The notes below the pieces were generated by a model that had not been told where the DNA came from, ran no database searches, and worked only from the letters and a program-made list of their open reading frames with translations. A stretch of DNA of 64,000 nt from Deltaproteobacteria bacterium (GTDB lineage: Archaea; Thermoplasmatota; Poseidoniia; Poseidoniales; Poseidoniaceae), in contig JAOMAZ010000002.1 in the NCBI GenBank assembly GCA_028344335.1, positions 380 to 64,379 on the forward strand. The letters are read 5' to 3'. A program made the position numbers and the translations under genes. Positions 21,394 to 30,799 of the stretch are shown in pieces. Every line of letters begins with the position of its first letter. The first letter of the stretch is position 1.

Positions 21394-21816
21394 ATGACAA
21401 ATTTGCACGAGCGAATCGTGCACATGGTCAGACAATTAAATATCCCAGTTGTAGAAGTTAGTCTCGTTCTGTCAAAATACATCCGAGTATTAATAGACAC
21501 ATTACAGGCAAAGGCAATCGAGTTAAATGAAGAATTACCTCCACGTCTAATGCACTCATGGCCCTTGGAAGAGGAGATACAAACTCAATCCAAAGATTTT
21601 GATTTTGATTTAGAAAAAGTCTTGTCGCTTGTAGATGCTGATAGAATGGATATTCTTGATACATTAATTAGAACTACAATTAATGATGAAAAATTGGTGC
21701 TTACTGATTCTCTCTTATTGATGAGGCAATGGGAAAAGGATGTACGGCAACGCCTTGCCCTAGTTGAGTCGCCTGGACAATTATTTTCACCGATGGAGCT
21801 CTCAGAGGATCATTGA
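21394..21816 (+). CDS. Hypothetical alpha-helical protein
   Basis: ORF fills the gap between genes; start taken at ATG 21394; no recognisable motif. Confidence 0.6.
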   Translation: MTNLHERIVHMVRQLNIPVVEVSLVLSKYIRVLIDTLQAKAIELNEELPPRLMHSWPLEEEIQTQSKDFDFDLEKVLSLVDADRMDILDTLIRTTINDEKLVLTDSLLLMRQWEKDVRQRLALVESPGQLFSPMELSEDH

Positions 21817-21867
21817 GTGAAATCACCTATGGGCCAAGTTGAAGAAGTCCTTGCTCTTGCTCATTTC

Positions 21868-22665
21868 ATGCGCCTGCGTGTATTGAGCATCAGTATATCG
21901 CTGCTTTTGGCTAGTTTCTCCGGCTGCATAGGTGATATGGGTGATGGAGGATTATTCGGTAGCGATGAAGAAGATGAGTTATTCGGTATACCCGGTGGGT
22001 TGACTTTAGCCTGTCTACAAAGTTCTAAATTCACCAATATGATGATTGAAATTGATTATACTGAGGGCTATGAGCCTCAATCTCAGACCCTTTCTACTTT
22101 AAAATCACGAATTGAAAGCGTTTGTGATAAACCCGGTGGAGTGACCATAAAAACAACCCAAACTGATTTCGGTCATGGCGATATTTGGAGTCCGGATGAT
22201 GTCAGAGAGATTGGACGTGATACTAGGGAAACCCAGCCCCAAGATGGCTCCACTTTACGCTGGCACCTTCTTTTTCCCAATGGCTCCTATGAGGAAAGTG
22301 GCGTTCTTGGAGTAGCAGTAGATGCATCAACTGCAGCAATCTTCTTGGATGATGTTCGAGATGCTGAAGGGCTATTTGGTCGGCCGAGCGCAGAAGCAAT
22401 AGAAAACGCAGTTACAGTTCATGAGGTAGGGCATCTTTTGGGTTTGGTTAATTTAGTCTATACTTCACCTGCAGATCATGAAGACTCAGACCATCCTGGC
22501 CATTCTAACAATGAGAATAGTGTCATGTATTGGGCCATTGAATCTGGAGACTTTAGTAGTTTTTTCGAGAATGACGTACCCGATGACTTTGACTCAGATG
22601 ATAGAGCAGACTTGGCTGCTATTGCTGCAGGTGATTTAGAAGTTGTTGAACAACTTTGGTCATAA
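21868..22665 (+). CDS. Lipoprotein zinc metalloprotease (metzincin-like)
   Basis: Lipobox-like LLASFSG|C, HEVGHLLGL zinc motif, GHS...SVMY Met-turn. Confidence 0.85.
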   Translation: MRLRVLSISISLLLASFSGCIGDMGDGGLFGSDEEDELFGIPGGLTLACLQSSKFTNMMIEIDYTEGYEPQSQTLSTLKSRIESVCDKPGGVTIKTTQTDFGHGDIWSPDDVREIGRDTRETQPQDGSTLRWHLLFPNGSYEESGVLGVAVDASTAAIFLDDVRDAEGLFGRPSAEAIENAVTVHEVGHLLGLVNLVYTSPADHEDSDHPGHSNNENSVMYWAIESGDFSSFFENDVPDDFDSDDRADLAAIAAGDLEVVEQLWS

Positions 22666-23019
22666 TCAAATTCCCAGATGCTTGTTTCTCTTTTTGACAA
22701 CCTTTGCATTAGCAACTTGCCAAGCATCAATGATTGACCAGCCCCACAATCCTATCCAAAGGATGACTGTGAAAGAGAGAGGAACCTGAATCAAAGTCCA
22801 ATCAACTGCTTTTTGATGTTCGCGGTTGAAATGCTGTCCGAGGAAAAGCAATGGAACTGCAGCAAGTATAATCGCAATCAAAGGCCTCATTGAGCCCCAC
22901 ACACCTACTCCTGCAGTTAACTCTCGCCAAATTACCTTGCCAATACCTAACTTTCGTGCCTCTTGATGGGGTGCAAGTTGGATGACGATTTCTTCTTCGC
23001 TCAACACTAAACACCTCAA
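22666..23019 (-). CDS. Small membrane protein (2-3 TM)
   Basis: Hydrophobic segments, WGWSIIDAW motif; overlaps the upstream gene by 4 nt. Confidence 0.65.
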   Translation of the reverse strand: MRCLVLSEEEIVIQLAPHQEARKLGIGKVIWRELTAGVGVWGSMRPLIAIILAAVPLLFLGQHFNREHQKAVDWTLIQVPLSFTVILWIGLWGWSIIDAWQVANAKVVKKRNKHLGI

Positions 23020-23585
23020 TATCTATCGTGGAAACTAACGATTCCGGATTCTTTACCTGCAAGTCGTTTCCACATGATTGCCAAAATCAACAATCCTGTT
23101 GCAAGTACTCCAACCACATATTCGAAAGGTACGCCAGTTCGGTTTTCAAGGCCGTGGTTAATTGAACTAAACCTCCAAGCCACAATTGCTGCCAATATTG
23201 CGGCCAAGAATAGAGTGTATACACGGCGGTTAACAGCAGATTTTGACATGTCAGCCATATCTTTTGGAGTCATTTCCATTCCCAGCACGGCTCTCAACCA
23301 CAGTGGAAGTAAGCGTTTGAAGTCATTAATTGATTGAGAGCAAAGCCATAGCCCGAGACCTGGGCCAAATAGTAACCAATCTATTTTTGTCCAATTCCAA
23401 TCCATTGGATTAAATTTCCCACCCCAAATAGATGAGATAGCGAAGAAAATTGAAACACCTGCAATGGAATAAAGCATCACATCAGCGATTATCATCCCCA
23501 AGTCAGCACTCTCTTCTCCGCTGTCATCGCGGAAGTGGCTACTTGAATCCGCCATCGCCATTTGCTCAAGTTGCCAGTCGTCCAT
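23016..23585 (-). CDS. Hypothetical membrane protein (about 4 TM)
   Basis: Four hydrophobic stretches; GGAGG upstream of the ATG on the minus strand. Confidence 0.7.
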   Translation of the reverse strand: MDDWQLEQMAMADSSSHFRDDSGEESADLGMIIADVMLYSIAGVSIFFAISSIWGGKFNPMDWNWTKIDWLLFGPGLGLWLCSQSINDFKRLLPLWLRAVLGMEMTPKDMADMSKSAVNRRVYTLFLAAILAAIVAWRFSSINHGLENRTGVPFEYVVGVLATGLLILAIMWKRLAGKESGIVSFHDRY

Positions 23586-23647
23586 CGGCTTGCCTCCTAC
23601 CTTGTTACATAATGCTCTTGTGGCTAATTGCCCGCCAACAGTCGTAG

Positions 23648-24721
23648 ATGGTGGATGATATGCGCCGGCGGAAGGTATTGCTAACAGGATTTCCTGCTTT
23701 TGGGGGGATGTCCAATAATATTAGTGAGGATGTTATCAAAGAATTATCAGGAGTAGGTCGCTCCAAGGTATCATTGAGGGAAAGGCCCAGAGTTGATGAT
23801 GGTGGAAATGTACTATCAACAGCAATGCCAATCGTTGAAATTGAGTGGCAGACCGAGTTATTGACTTGTGATGAAGCAGGTTCATCGCAGATTGCTAATT
23901 CACTGAAAGACAATGATGCTGATGCAATACTACACCTTGGCTTATGTACTTCATGCAACACTCCTAGAATCGAAACTCAGGCAAGAAATATCTTGGAGAT
24001 GCGAATCGCCGACAATGCTGGAAGAAAAATCAGTGCAAGTGAAATAATAATCAATGGCCAACAGTTTATCCATAGTTCATCACCATTGAACCGTTTTCCA
24101 AATGACTTATTTTCAACGAAACTTGAACAATCAGATGATGCAGGTTCATTTGTTTGTAATGAAACCTACTATCGCACTTTATCTGCGATTAATTTCAATG
24201 ATAAAAAGGATCATTTTGGTAGAAAACTACCATGCTTATTCCTGCATCTTCCAGATTATGACAAGGTGGAACTTAGTGAGGTAGTACGATTGGTTGAAGA
24301 AATTGGCGCATGGCTTTGTGAAAAACCGCGGATTGTGGTAGCATGTTCGGTACTTGAAGGAATAGATGGCAGATATATTAGTTGTAGGCGCTCACCCGAA
24401 GAATCTTTTTCTGGAATGTGGGAATTTGCTGGCGGAAAGGTGGAGAAGGGAGAATCCATTCATGATGCTTTGATTCGTGAAATAGATGAGGAATTAGGTG
24501 TCGAGATTGAAGTAATAGGTGCATTAGCAAAACATGTACATGAAATGGCCCATCTTGAGATTGAATTACATGCATGGCATTGTAAAATAATTTCAGGCCA
24601 ACCACGACTTGTTGTTCATGACAAATTACGCTGGCTGAAAGTAGAAGATTTCCTAAATGAGGAATGGATAGATGCAGATTTGCCGATGATATCAAAAATT
24701 CAGAAACTACTCCTTAGTTGA
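23648..24721 (+). CDS. Pyroglutamyl-peptidase I (C15) fused to a MutT/NudG-like NUDIX hydrolase
   Basis: VLLTGFPAFG, RIETQARN (Glu), DAGSFVCNETYY (Cys), FLHLP (His); then WEFAGGKVEKGESIHDALIREIDEELG Nudix box. Confidence 0.9.
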   Translation: MVDDMRRRKVLLTGFPAFGGMSNNISEDVIKELSGVGRSKVSLRERPRVDDGGNVLSTAMPIVEIEWQTELLTCDEAGSSQIANSLKDNDADAILHLGLCTSCNTPRIETQARNILEMRIADNAGRKISASEIIINGQQFIHSSSPLNRFPNDLFSTKLEQSDDAGSFVCNETYYRTLSAINFNDKKDHFGRKLPCLFLHLPDYDKVELSEVVRLVEEIGAWLCEKPRIVVACSVLEGIDGRYISCRRSPEESFSGMWEFAGGKVEKGESIHDALIREIDEELGVEIEVIGALAKHVHEMAHLEIELHAWHCKIISGQPRLVVHDKLRWLKVEDFLNEEWIDADLPMISKIQKLLLS

Positions 24722-25211
24722 ACCATTCTCTAAGCCGCCCATCTTTGCTCATTGTATTTTCATCGCCAATTTGTCTTGGCACATCTTCCCTCCCGCGGTG
24801 CCAAGTTGCTTCTTGCAGCCAAGCTTTGAGATATTCGCATTGAAGTGAAATAATGAACGTCCCACCTAATGGATTTTCTCCAAGCAAACAAAAGGAGATT
24901 TTCTCATTGATTGCTGCTTGCCTTGATAACTCAAAGGTAGTTTTCTTGCCTTGCAATTTTTGGCTCATAGCATCCAAGGCAGTATCGAGGACTCTATCTT
25001 GGTGAATTTTATGGAGAAAATGTTCTAAGTTCAAATCAGAAAAGGACCACGTAATTTCATCTCTCTTGTTTGGAAAGCGGCTGTTTTGAAAATCCAATCC
25101 ATCTGGTGAAATATCAGGAAAAATATTTTGAAGGGCTGAAAATACTGTTTCAGGAACATCAGCAGCGCTGAGTTTGGTTGTGCACGATACCCTCACCTCT
25201 TGGCTGTCCAT
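24714..25211 (-). CDS. Putative RNA-binding protein, UPF0201/DUF54-like
   Basis: VFSALQNIFP, RVLDTA, FELSRQAA, NPLGG resemble the archaeal DUF54 family; start taken at ATG 25211. Confidence 0.7.
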   Translation of the reverse strand: MDSQEVRVSCTTKLSAADVPETVFSALQNIFPDISPDGLDFQNSRFPNKRDEITWSFSDLNLEHFLHKIHQDRVLDTALDAMSQKLQGKKTTFELSRQAAINEKISFCLLGENPLGGTFIISLQCEYLKAWLQEATWHRGREDVPRQIGDENTMSKDGRLREWFN

Positions 25212-25262
25212 GACACCTGCCATGCAGGGGGATTCATCAACCATGCGCCCAACAGCCCTTCC

Positions 25263-26285
25263 ATGAGTGTCGAGGTGGCCCCAATGGTAGCCTCTGTCAT
25301 TCCAACCTTCAATGAGGAAAAATGGATCGGTCGGTGCCTCGATTCATTACTTGCCCAAACCCACCCTTCATCACGACATATCATTCACGTCGTTGATGGA
25401 GGAAGTACAGATAATACTCTAAATATTGTTAGGTCGAAGATGAAGGAAGGTGCAAAAATCGTTCTAATCAACAACCCCGAAAAAAGAGTTCCTCAGGCTA
25501 GAAATTTGAGTCTAGCAGCATTGGAGGAGGAGGTAGAGTTTGTCTTCGAAGTTAATGGTCATGGGTGGGTGCCAGTTGACCACTTGGAAAAGAGGATTTC
25601 TGATCTTCGAGATATTGAATCTGAACTGGCAAAGAAGGTAGGTGGAGTAGGCTGTCTGGTAGTACCTGCGGAGGATGAAGGAAGGACCATGATGGGAGAT
25701 TGGATTGAATCTACATTATCCTGCCCTCTAGGGAGCGGAGGGGGGCAATTTGCTCGCTTTAAAGGGCGACATCCACATAATGTGCCAGCATTTGTTTTAC
25801 ACAGAAAGGAGGCTTTACTTGAGGCCGGTGGCTGGGATGAAGGACTTCCAACCAATCAAGATTCAGACTTGAGTATGCGCCTCATCAAAGCAGGTTGGCC
25901 GCTTTGGCGCTCTGATGCTAGTAGTTTTGAAATGGTCAAACGAAGAAGTTTGTTGGGCTTTATGAAAATGTGCCGCCGCTACGGGTTTTGGAGGACTAAA
26001 ACATTGAAAAAGCACAAAAATAGGGTAAATCCAAAGGAGTTTCTACCTATTATGGGACTATTACTCACTGTGGCATTATTTGCTACTCAAAGCGATTATC
26101 GCTATTATCCCCTCCTCATTTATGCAGTTGCAGTTAGCCTAGTTGGTTTGTATGAAGCTATGAAGTTTAGAAAGCCGACTTTATTGATTGGTGTTCCATT
26201 ATTACTACTAATTCTACATACTCAATTCAGTATTGGAATGGTAGAAGGAGTCTTTCGAAAGCAACAGGAACTTGTGGATAGATGA
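25263..26285 (+). CDS. Glycosyltransferase family 2 (ExoA-like) with C-terminal TM helices
   Basis: SVIPTFNEEKWIGRCLDSLLAQ, VVDGGSTDNT, GGWDEGLPTNQDSDL; DxD position reads NGH. Confidence 0.9.
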   Translation: MSVEVAPMVASVIPTFNEEKWIGRCLDSLLAQTHPSSRHIIHVVDGGSTDNTLNIVRSKMKEGAKIVLINNPEKRVPQARNLSLAALEEEVEFVFEVNGHGWVPVDHLEKRISDLRDIESELAKKVGGVGCLVVPAEDEGRTMMGDWIESTLSCPLGSGGGQFARFKGRHPHNVPAFVLHRKEALLEAGGWDEGLPTNQDSDLSMRLIKAGWPLWRSDASSFEMVKRRSLLGFMKMCRRYGFWRTKTLKKHKNRVNPKEFLPIMGLLLTVALFATQSDYRYYPLLIYAVAVSLVGLYEAMKFRKPTLLIGVPLLLLILHTQFSIGMVEGVFRKQQELVDR

Positions 26286-26335
26286 TGTACAGTTGATGAC
26301 AACCTTCAACAGTGAATTGAATTGGGGAGGAATCC

Positions 26336-27265
26336 ATGGCAGATGAAAAGAATCCGATGACTGGGTGGATTATTTTTCTTCTTCCAGTATTTTTCCTCTT
26401 TCTACTTTCAAGTTTAATCGAACCGGTGCGTTTGGCATTTAGAGATCATATGTGGGCTCCTTGGGTTTCCTATTCTGGTGCTTTAGTAATTGGTTGGATT
26501 GCAAGGTCCCGATTGTCGGTCAAGAAAGACCATGAATGGCAGAGGAGCAAAGCAATCAAACAGTTAAACAAACATTATGGTAAGGAAGAAAAAGGCTTGT
26601 GGCAAAAGGATACTGAAATCTCCACTGACCTTAGTGTTGAAGCTCAGGCAGTCATTCAGGGAAGAATTGGAAAATTAATGAACACAAAGGAAACTGAGGA
26701 GATATCTCGCGATAAAGTTGATGGCTCAGTGGAAATAAATCTTCTAATTGATGAGGATCATGTTTCCAAAGCAACACGCAGGGTTTCAGGAGACGAAAAC
26801 TTTGATGATGAGCAAATTCAATCTACAATTGGCACAGTTCGCCGGCGTAGTACCATGGATCGTTTCTTTGATTGGATAGCCAAGCGTTTCCGCAATCAGG
26901 ACTCTCAATCGATTCGTGAACAAACCAAGCATGCGACCCTTTCAGCAAGAGCAGACCAATCCCCTGTACAGAATGTCAACCTTTCTGAAGTGCATCAAAA
27001 GAATGTTGTAGCAAGGTTGGAATCTGAAACAGAAACAATTCCTGATGCTCCAATTAAATCTAAAGTCCCAGAAGTAAAACAAGCGGAGGAGACTATTGCC
27101 ACACCTAGACAACCACGGGAATTATCAATTGAAGAAATGGCTGGTATGGGTCAAGGTAATGCCCAACAGATACAATCAACATTTTCTGGTAATAAATGCC
27201 CTGCTTGTGGCCAGGGTTATGCAGCAAGTAGTCGTTTTTGCGAAAATTGTGGCAGCGATCTTTGA
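26336..27265 (+). CDS. Membrane protein with 2 N-terminal TMs and a C-terminal zinc ribbon
   Basis: Two TMs; C-terminal CPACG...FCENCG. Confidence 0.75.
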   Translation: MADEKNPMTGWIIFLLPVFFLFLLSSLIEPVRLAFRDHMWAPWVSYSGALVIGWIARSRLSVKKDHEWQRSKAIKQLNKHYGKEEKGLWQKDTEISTDLSVEAQAVIQGRIGKLMNTKETEEISRDKVDGSVEINLLIDEDHVSKATRRVSGDENFDDEQIQSTIGTVRRRSTMDRFFDWIAKRFRNQDSQSIREQTKHATLSARADQSPVQNVNLSEVHQKNVVARLESETETIPDAPIKSKVPEVKQAEETIATPRQPRELSIEEMAGMGQGNAQQIQSTFSGNKCPACGQGYAASSRFCENCGSDL

Positions 27266-27326
27266 GCCTTGACAGGCGCTCGATTCTTATGATGCGGGTG
27301 GACCGGCCACTTTAGAGGCGAGCGGA

Positions 27327-28472
27327 ATGGCAAAGCGGGACTACTACGAAGTTCTCGGAGTTGAACGAGATGTTGATGCTAAAGCATTGAAGAATTCTTT
27401 TCGTTCACTAGCTCGAAAATATCACCCTGACAAGAATGACTCTCCCGATGCGGATGAGAGATTCAAGGAAATTCAGGAAGCATTTGCAGTGCTCTCAAAT
27501 TCTGAGAAACGCCAAATCTATGACCGATATGGGCACGAACCGCCTGGTGGCTCCCCATTTGGTTCGGGTGGATTCTCTGGTTTCAACATGAATTTTGACG
27601 ATATATTCTCAGGGAATCTTGGCGATCTCTTCGGTTCATTCTTCGGTGGCTCTTCTCGACGTCGCCACTCTGCTTCTCGGGGTAATGACATTTTACTACG
27701 ACACATTGTTCCATTCCAATCTATTTTTGATGGTTCTGAAGAAGAGGTCGAAATAGAACTACCAACTGCTTGCGAAGATTGTGAAGGTAGTGGAGCGATG
27801 GATCCCGATGCATTGTCAAGTTGTCAAGCCTGTGGTGGACGAGGGCAAGTAACTGTAAGAGAACAAATGGGGCCATTCATCAATCAAAGCACTAGGACTT
27901 GTACTAGTTGTTCTGGAAGAGGGCAATTAATCGACGAAGAATGCGAGTTTTGCGATGGCCATGGTAAGATTCAGAAAGAGCAGAAGTTAAGGTTCAATGT
28001 TCCTAAAGGAGCCTCTGATGGCACACGGTTGCGGATGAGAGGCAGTGGCGAGCCAGCCCCTATGGGGAGAGGAGAGGCAGGAGACCTATACATCGAATTA
28101 CGTATTGAGGACCATCCTTGGTTTGAGAGAGATGGAGCTGACCTCTTGATGTCCTTACCACTAGGATACCCAGACTTTGCATTGGGTCGCACTGTTAGTA
28201 TTCCCCACTTCGATGGCAAGGATTTGGAAATCAAAGTTCCAGCAGGTGCACGTTCAGGTCAAACCTTGGAGATTGCGGCTCGTGGCTTAGCAGATGCTAG
28301 GAGTAGAGGTCGAGGCAATATCATCGTATTATTGAAAATGTATGTGCCAAAGAAATTATCTAGAGCCGTGAAAAAAGGCCTTGAAGGGTTGAGAAACGAC
28401 TTGTCTCTTGATGATGCTAAGACTCTTGATGAAGTGCGAAATGATGCTGATGATAGAAGAAGCAATCACTGA
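27327..28472 (+). CDS. dnaJ: Chaperone DnaJ
   Basis: KRDYYEVLG, HPD motif, G/F-rich region, four CxxCxGxG repeats, C-terminal domain. Confidence 0.97.
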   Translation: MAKRDYYEVLGVERDVDAKALKNSFRSLARKYHPDKNDSPDADERFKEIQEAFAVLSNSEKRQIYDRYGHEPPGGSPFGSGGFSGFNMNFDDIFSGNLGDLFGSFFGGSSRRRHSASRGNDILLRHIVPFQSIFDGSEEEVEIELPTACEDCEGSGAMDPDALSSCQACGGRGQVTVREQMGPFINQSTRTCTSCSGRGQLIDEECEFCDGHGKIQKEQKLRFNVPKGASDGTRLRMRGSGEPAPMGRGEAGDLYIELRIEDHPWFERDGADLLMSLPLGYPDFALGRTVSIPHFDGKDLEIKVPAGARSGQTLEIAARGLADARSRGRGNIIVLLKMYVPKKLSRAVKKGLEGLRNDLSLDDAKTLDEVRNDADDRRSNH

Positions 28473-30758
28473 CTATTCTTCCTCAAGTCTGAGTGAACCT
28501 GTATGTTTTGCTGCCACCGGCTTATTCTCAACCAGTCCACTCATCGAGACTTCAAGTCCAGTGCCATTACCTTCTAATTCCACTTTCAAAAAAGTACGAC
28601 TACCTTCTGATAGGGTATCGAGGAAGACCTCATCTCCTCTCGATAAGAAGCGCGGTTCAGATGATATAACTCTCCAATGTTCTCCAGCACTGACCTCAAA
28701 CCTAACTGCTGCGACTTGCCATGAACCCTTCAGTATGTGAACTCCAAACAAAACTGGAACCCCTCCTTTGTTAGAGAATTCTGGCGCCAACTTCCATACC
28801 GCCAAATCAACTGCCTCTGTACGGTGTCGGATATTTGCTTCTCCCCAAGTCTCCACACCTTCTTCCCAATCGAGAGCAGCTATGGTTCGCAGCGATAATT
28901 TTAGATCAGAAATCGCCTGTTTGACTTGACCTTCTGCTATCATTTTACGCAGTGTCTTCAGACGTTCTTTATCGCCTGCTAATTGGGCTGCACGGCGGTT
29001 ATAGATTCTATTAGTCCAGATGACCCAGATAATTGGAGTTAGCATCAGGAAACCGAGGAAATAGAGTAATGCAGTACTGGCCTGCGAAACGAATCCTTCC
29101 GCCTCGAACCAAGGCTCGATACCTTCTTCACTTTGAATACTGGATATTTCGATGGTCCAAGGGATTGGGTTGATGTTGACATCTCCCCAAGTCCAATTTC
29201 CTTCTCCGTTCATCAATTCAACACTTCGAATCCTCAGAAGGTGAGTGCCTTCGCCGACTTCAAGGGTTGTCATTCCCTCAATTCCGTCATCTATGATAGT
29301 ACTGGCCTGTGAAACGATTGTCCGACTTGACCAATTCATTTCGATTAATTCTGCAACAATTCTAGTATTATCAGCGGTCAACTGTAATTTGATTCTGTAC
29401 CTACTTTCTTCCCAACCCTCCAAGTTTAGAAGGTATGTATCTGCTCCATCATAGGTCGGAAGAGAAAGCCAACCTGTGTGGCTAACTCCTTCCTTCAATT
29501 GAATGAAATCCCAACCCTCCATTGCACTATCTATGTTCATTGGAATAGCACCATTTGCATCGGTGTTATTATCGAGATCTCCAAAGGTAGTTCTCATCAC
29601 ATCAAATGACCAAATCCCTGTTTGTTCACTTAATGAGGATATTGATACCTTCAACAAAGCTGTTGCCTCTGGGGTCCAAATACTTGAATCAGAATTATGT
29701 GCCAAATCCGATTGTAAACCTTGGAAGGTCAAAAATGGAACCCAAATCCCATCTACCATAGCACTGATGTTAATATCTAAGGCTGCAGTTGAAGATGAGG
29801 TGAATTTCCATAGGTGAGGGCCACTGGCATTTATCATGATGATATCTTCATCGCCTGTTGAGAGTAATCCATAGAAAGTAGCACTTTCTTCATGTAATTC
29901 CTGAACGTCATTAACTTCACCTGTTGCTGGCCAATTATCGGCGCTTCCACGGGCAGCAAGCCTTGCCGAAAAACTGCTGCTAGCCGTTGTTGTTGATGCC
30001 TCTAACCAAGTGTGATTATTGGTTGTAGTTTTCCAAATTCTTTGTGGTGCTGTTGAAGAAGATGAATTTGACTGGCTGCTCAGGCTCGCAAGAATCTGAT
30101 TGCCCTCATCACCAGATAATAATCGTAATTCAACATCTGCAGATGAATGAAGTAGGCTTAGTTCGAGGATGTCAGAAACATTTGCATCAACTAACCAATA
30201 CATGCTGTCCAGTCCGTTGAAAGTAGCGTTTATCCAAGTGGCGCTTGGATCATGAATTCCACCTCCAGTCGTTTTTGCAGCAAAGGTTTCTGTCAAATTT
30301 GAGGTAGATAAAAATGAGTTTGCTTGAACTGCAGAATTCCTTGTTGAAGATGAATCACCATTTCCCAGTGAGTTTAATTCAGGCAGGCTTGCTTGAATAT
30401 CAATATTCAATGAATCACTACCATTATTGCTTAGGTTTAACCAAGCAACCCCTTCTACAAGTTGACCTATGACTACAGCATTATTGGTGATTGTAGCAGT
30501 ATTTTCTGATACGCTATCGGAAACAGTTAGCAATAGGTCTCTACAGTCTCCCCCGCAATCAGCATCAACCCAGAATCCACCTGTTCGCGATGAAAAACTA
30601 ATCGAAATAGATTCACCACTTGGAAGTGAAATATCACGGAGCAAGGATTCTTCGTCGGCAACTTGAACACCTCCATGACTAGCATCCCCGCTAATAATCA
30701 GGAAGGGAGACACAGCCAATATTGCACCAAATAAGATGGCGGCTATGCGATGCTGCAT
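28473..30758 (-). CDS. Single-pass membrane protein with extracellular beta-sandwich (PPC-like) repeats and a ~180-aa cytoplasmic domain
   Basis: Signal peptide MQHRIAAILFGAILAVSPFLII, D-x-D-x-Y/I type beta repeats, TM ALLYFLGFLMLTPIIWVIW followed by a basic patch. Confidence 0.7.
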   Translation of the reverse strand: MQHRIAAILFGAILAVSPFLIISGDASHGGVQVADEESLLRDISLPSGESISISFSSRTGGFWVDADCGGDCRDLLLTVSDSVSENTATITNNAVVIGQLVEGVAWLNLSNNGSDSLNIDIQASLPELNSLGNGDSSSTRNSAVQANSFLSTSNLTETFAAKTTGGGIHDPSATWINATFNGLDSMYWLVDANVSDILELSLLHSSADVELRLLSGDEGNQILASLSSQSNSSSSTAPQRIWKTTTNNHTWLEASTTTASSSFSARLAARGSADNWPATGEVNDVQELHEESATFYGLLSTGDEDIIMINASGPHLWKFTSSSTAALDINISAMVDGIWVPFLTFQGLQSDLAHNSDSSIWTPEATALLKVSISSLSEQTGIWSFDVMRTTFGDLDNNTDANGAIPMNIDSAMEGWDFIQLKEGVSHTGWLSLPTYDGADTYLLNLEGWEESRYRIKLQLTADNTRIVAELIEMNWSSRTIVSQASTIIDDGIEGMTTLEVGEGTHLLRIRSVELMNGEGNWTWGDVNINPIPWTIEISSIQSEEGIEPWFEAEGFVSQASTALLYFLGFLMLTPIIWVIWTNRIYNRRAAQLAGDKERLKTLRKMIAEGQVKQAISDLKLSLRTIAALDWEEGVETWGEANIRHRTEAVDLAVWKLAPEFSNKGGVPVLFGVHILKGSWQVAAVRFEVSAGEHWRVISSEPRFLSRGDEVFLDTLSEGSRTFLKVELEGNGTGLEVSMSGLVENKPVAAKHTGSLRLEEE

Positions 30759-30799
30759 GAGTGGGCGTTGGGGCTTGGCCTTTCAAATGATTCAAACCT

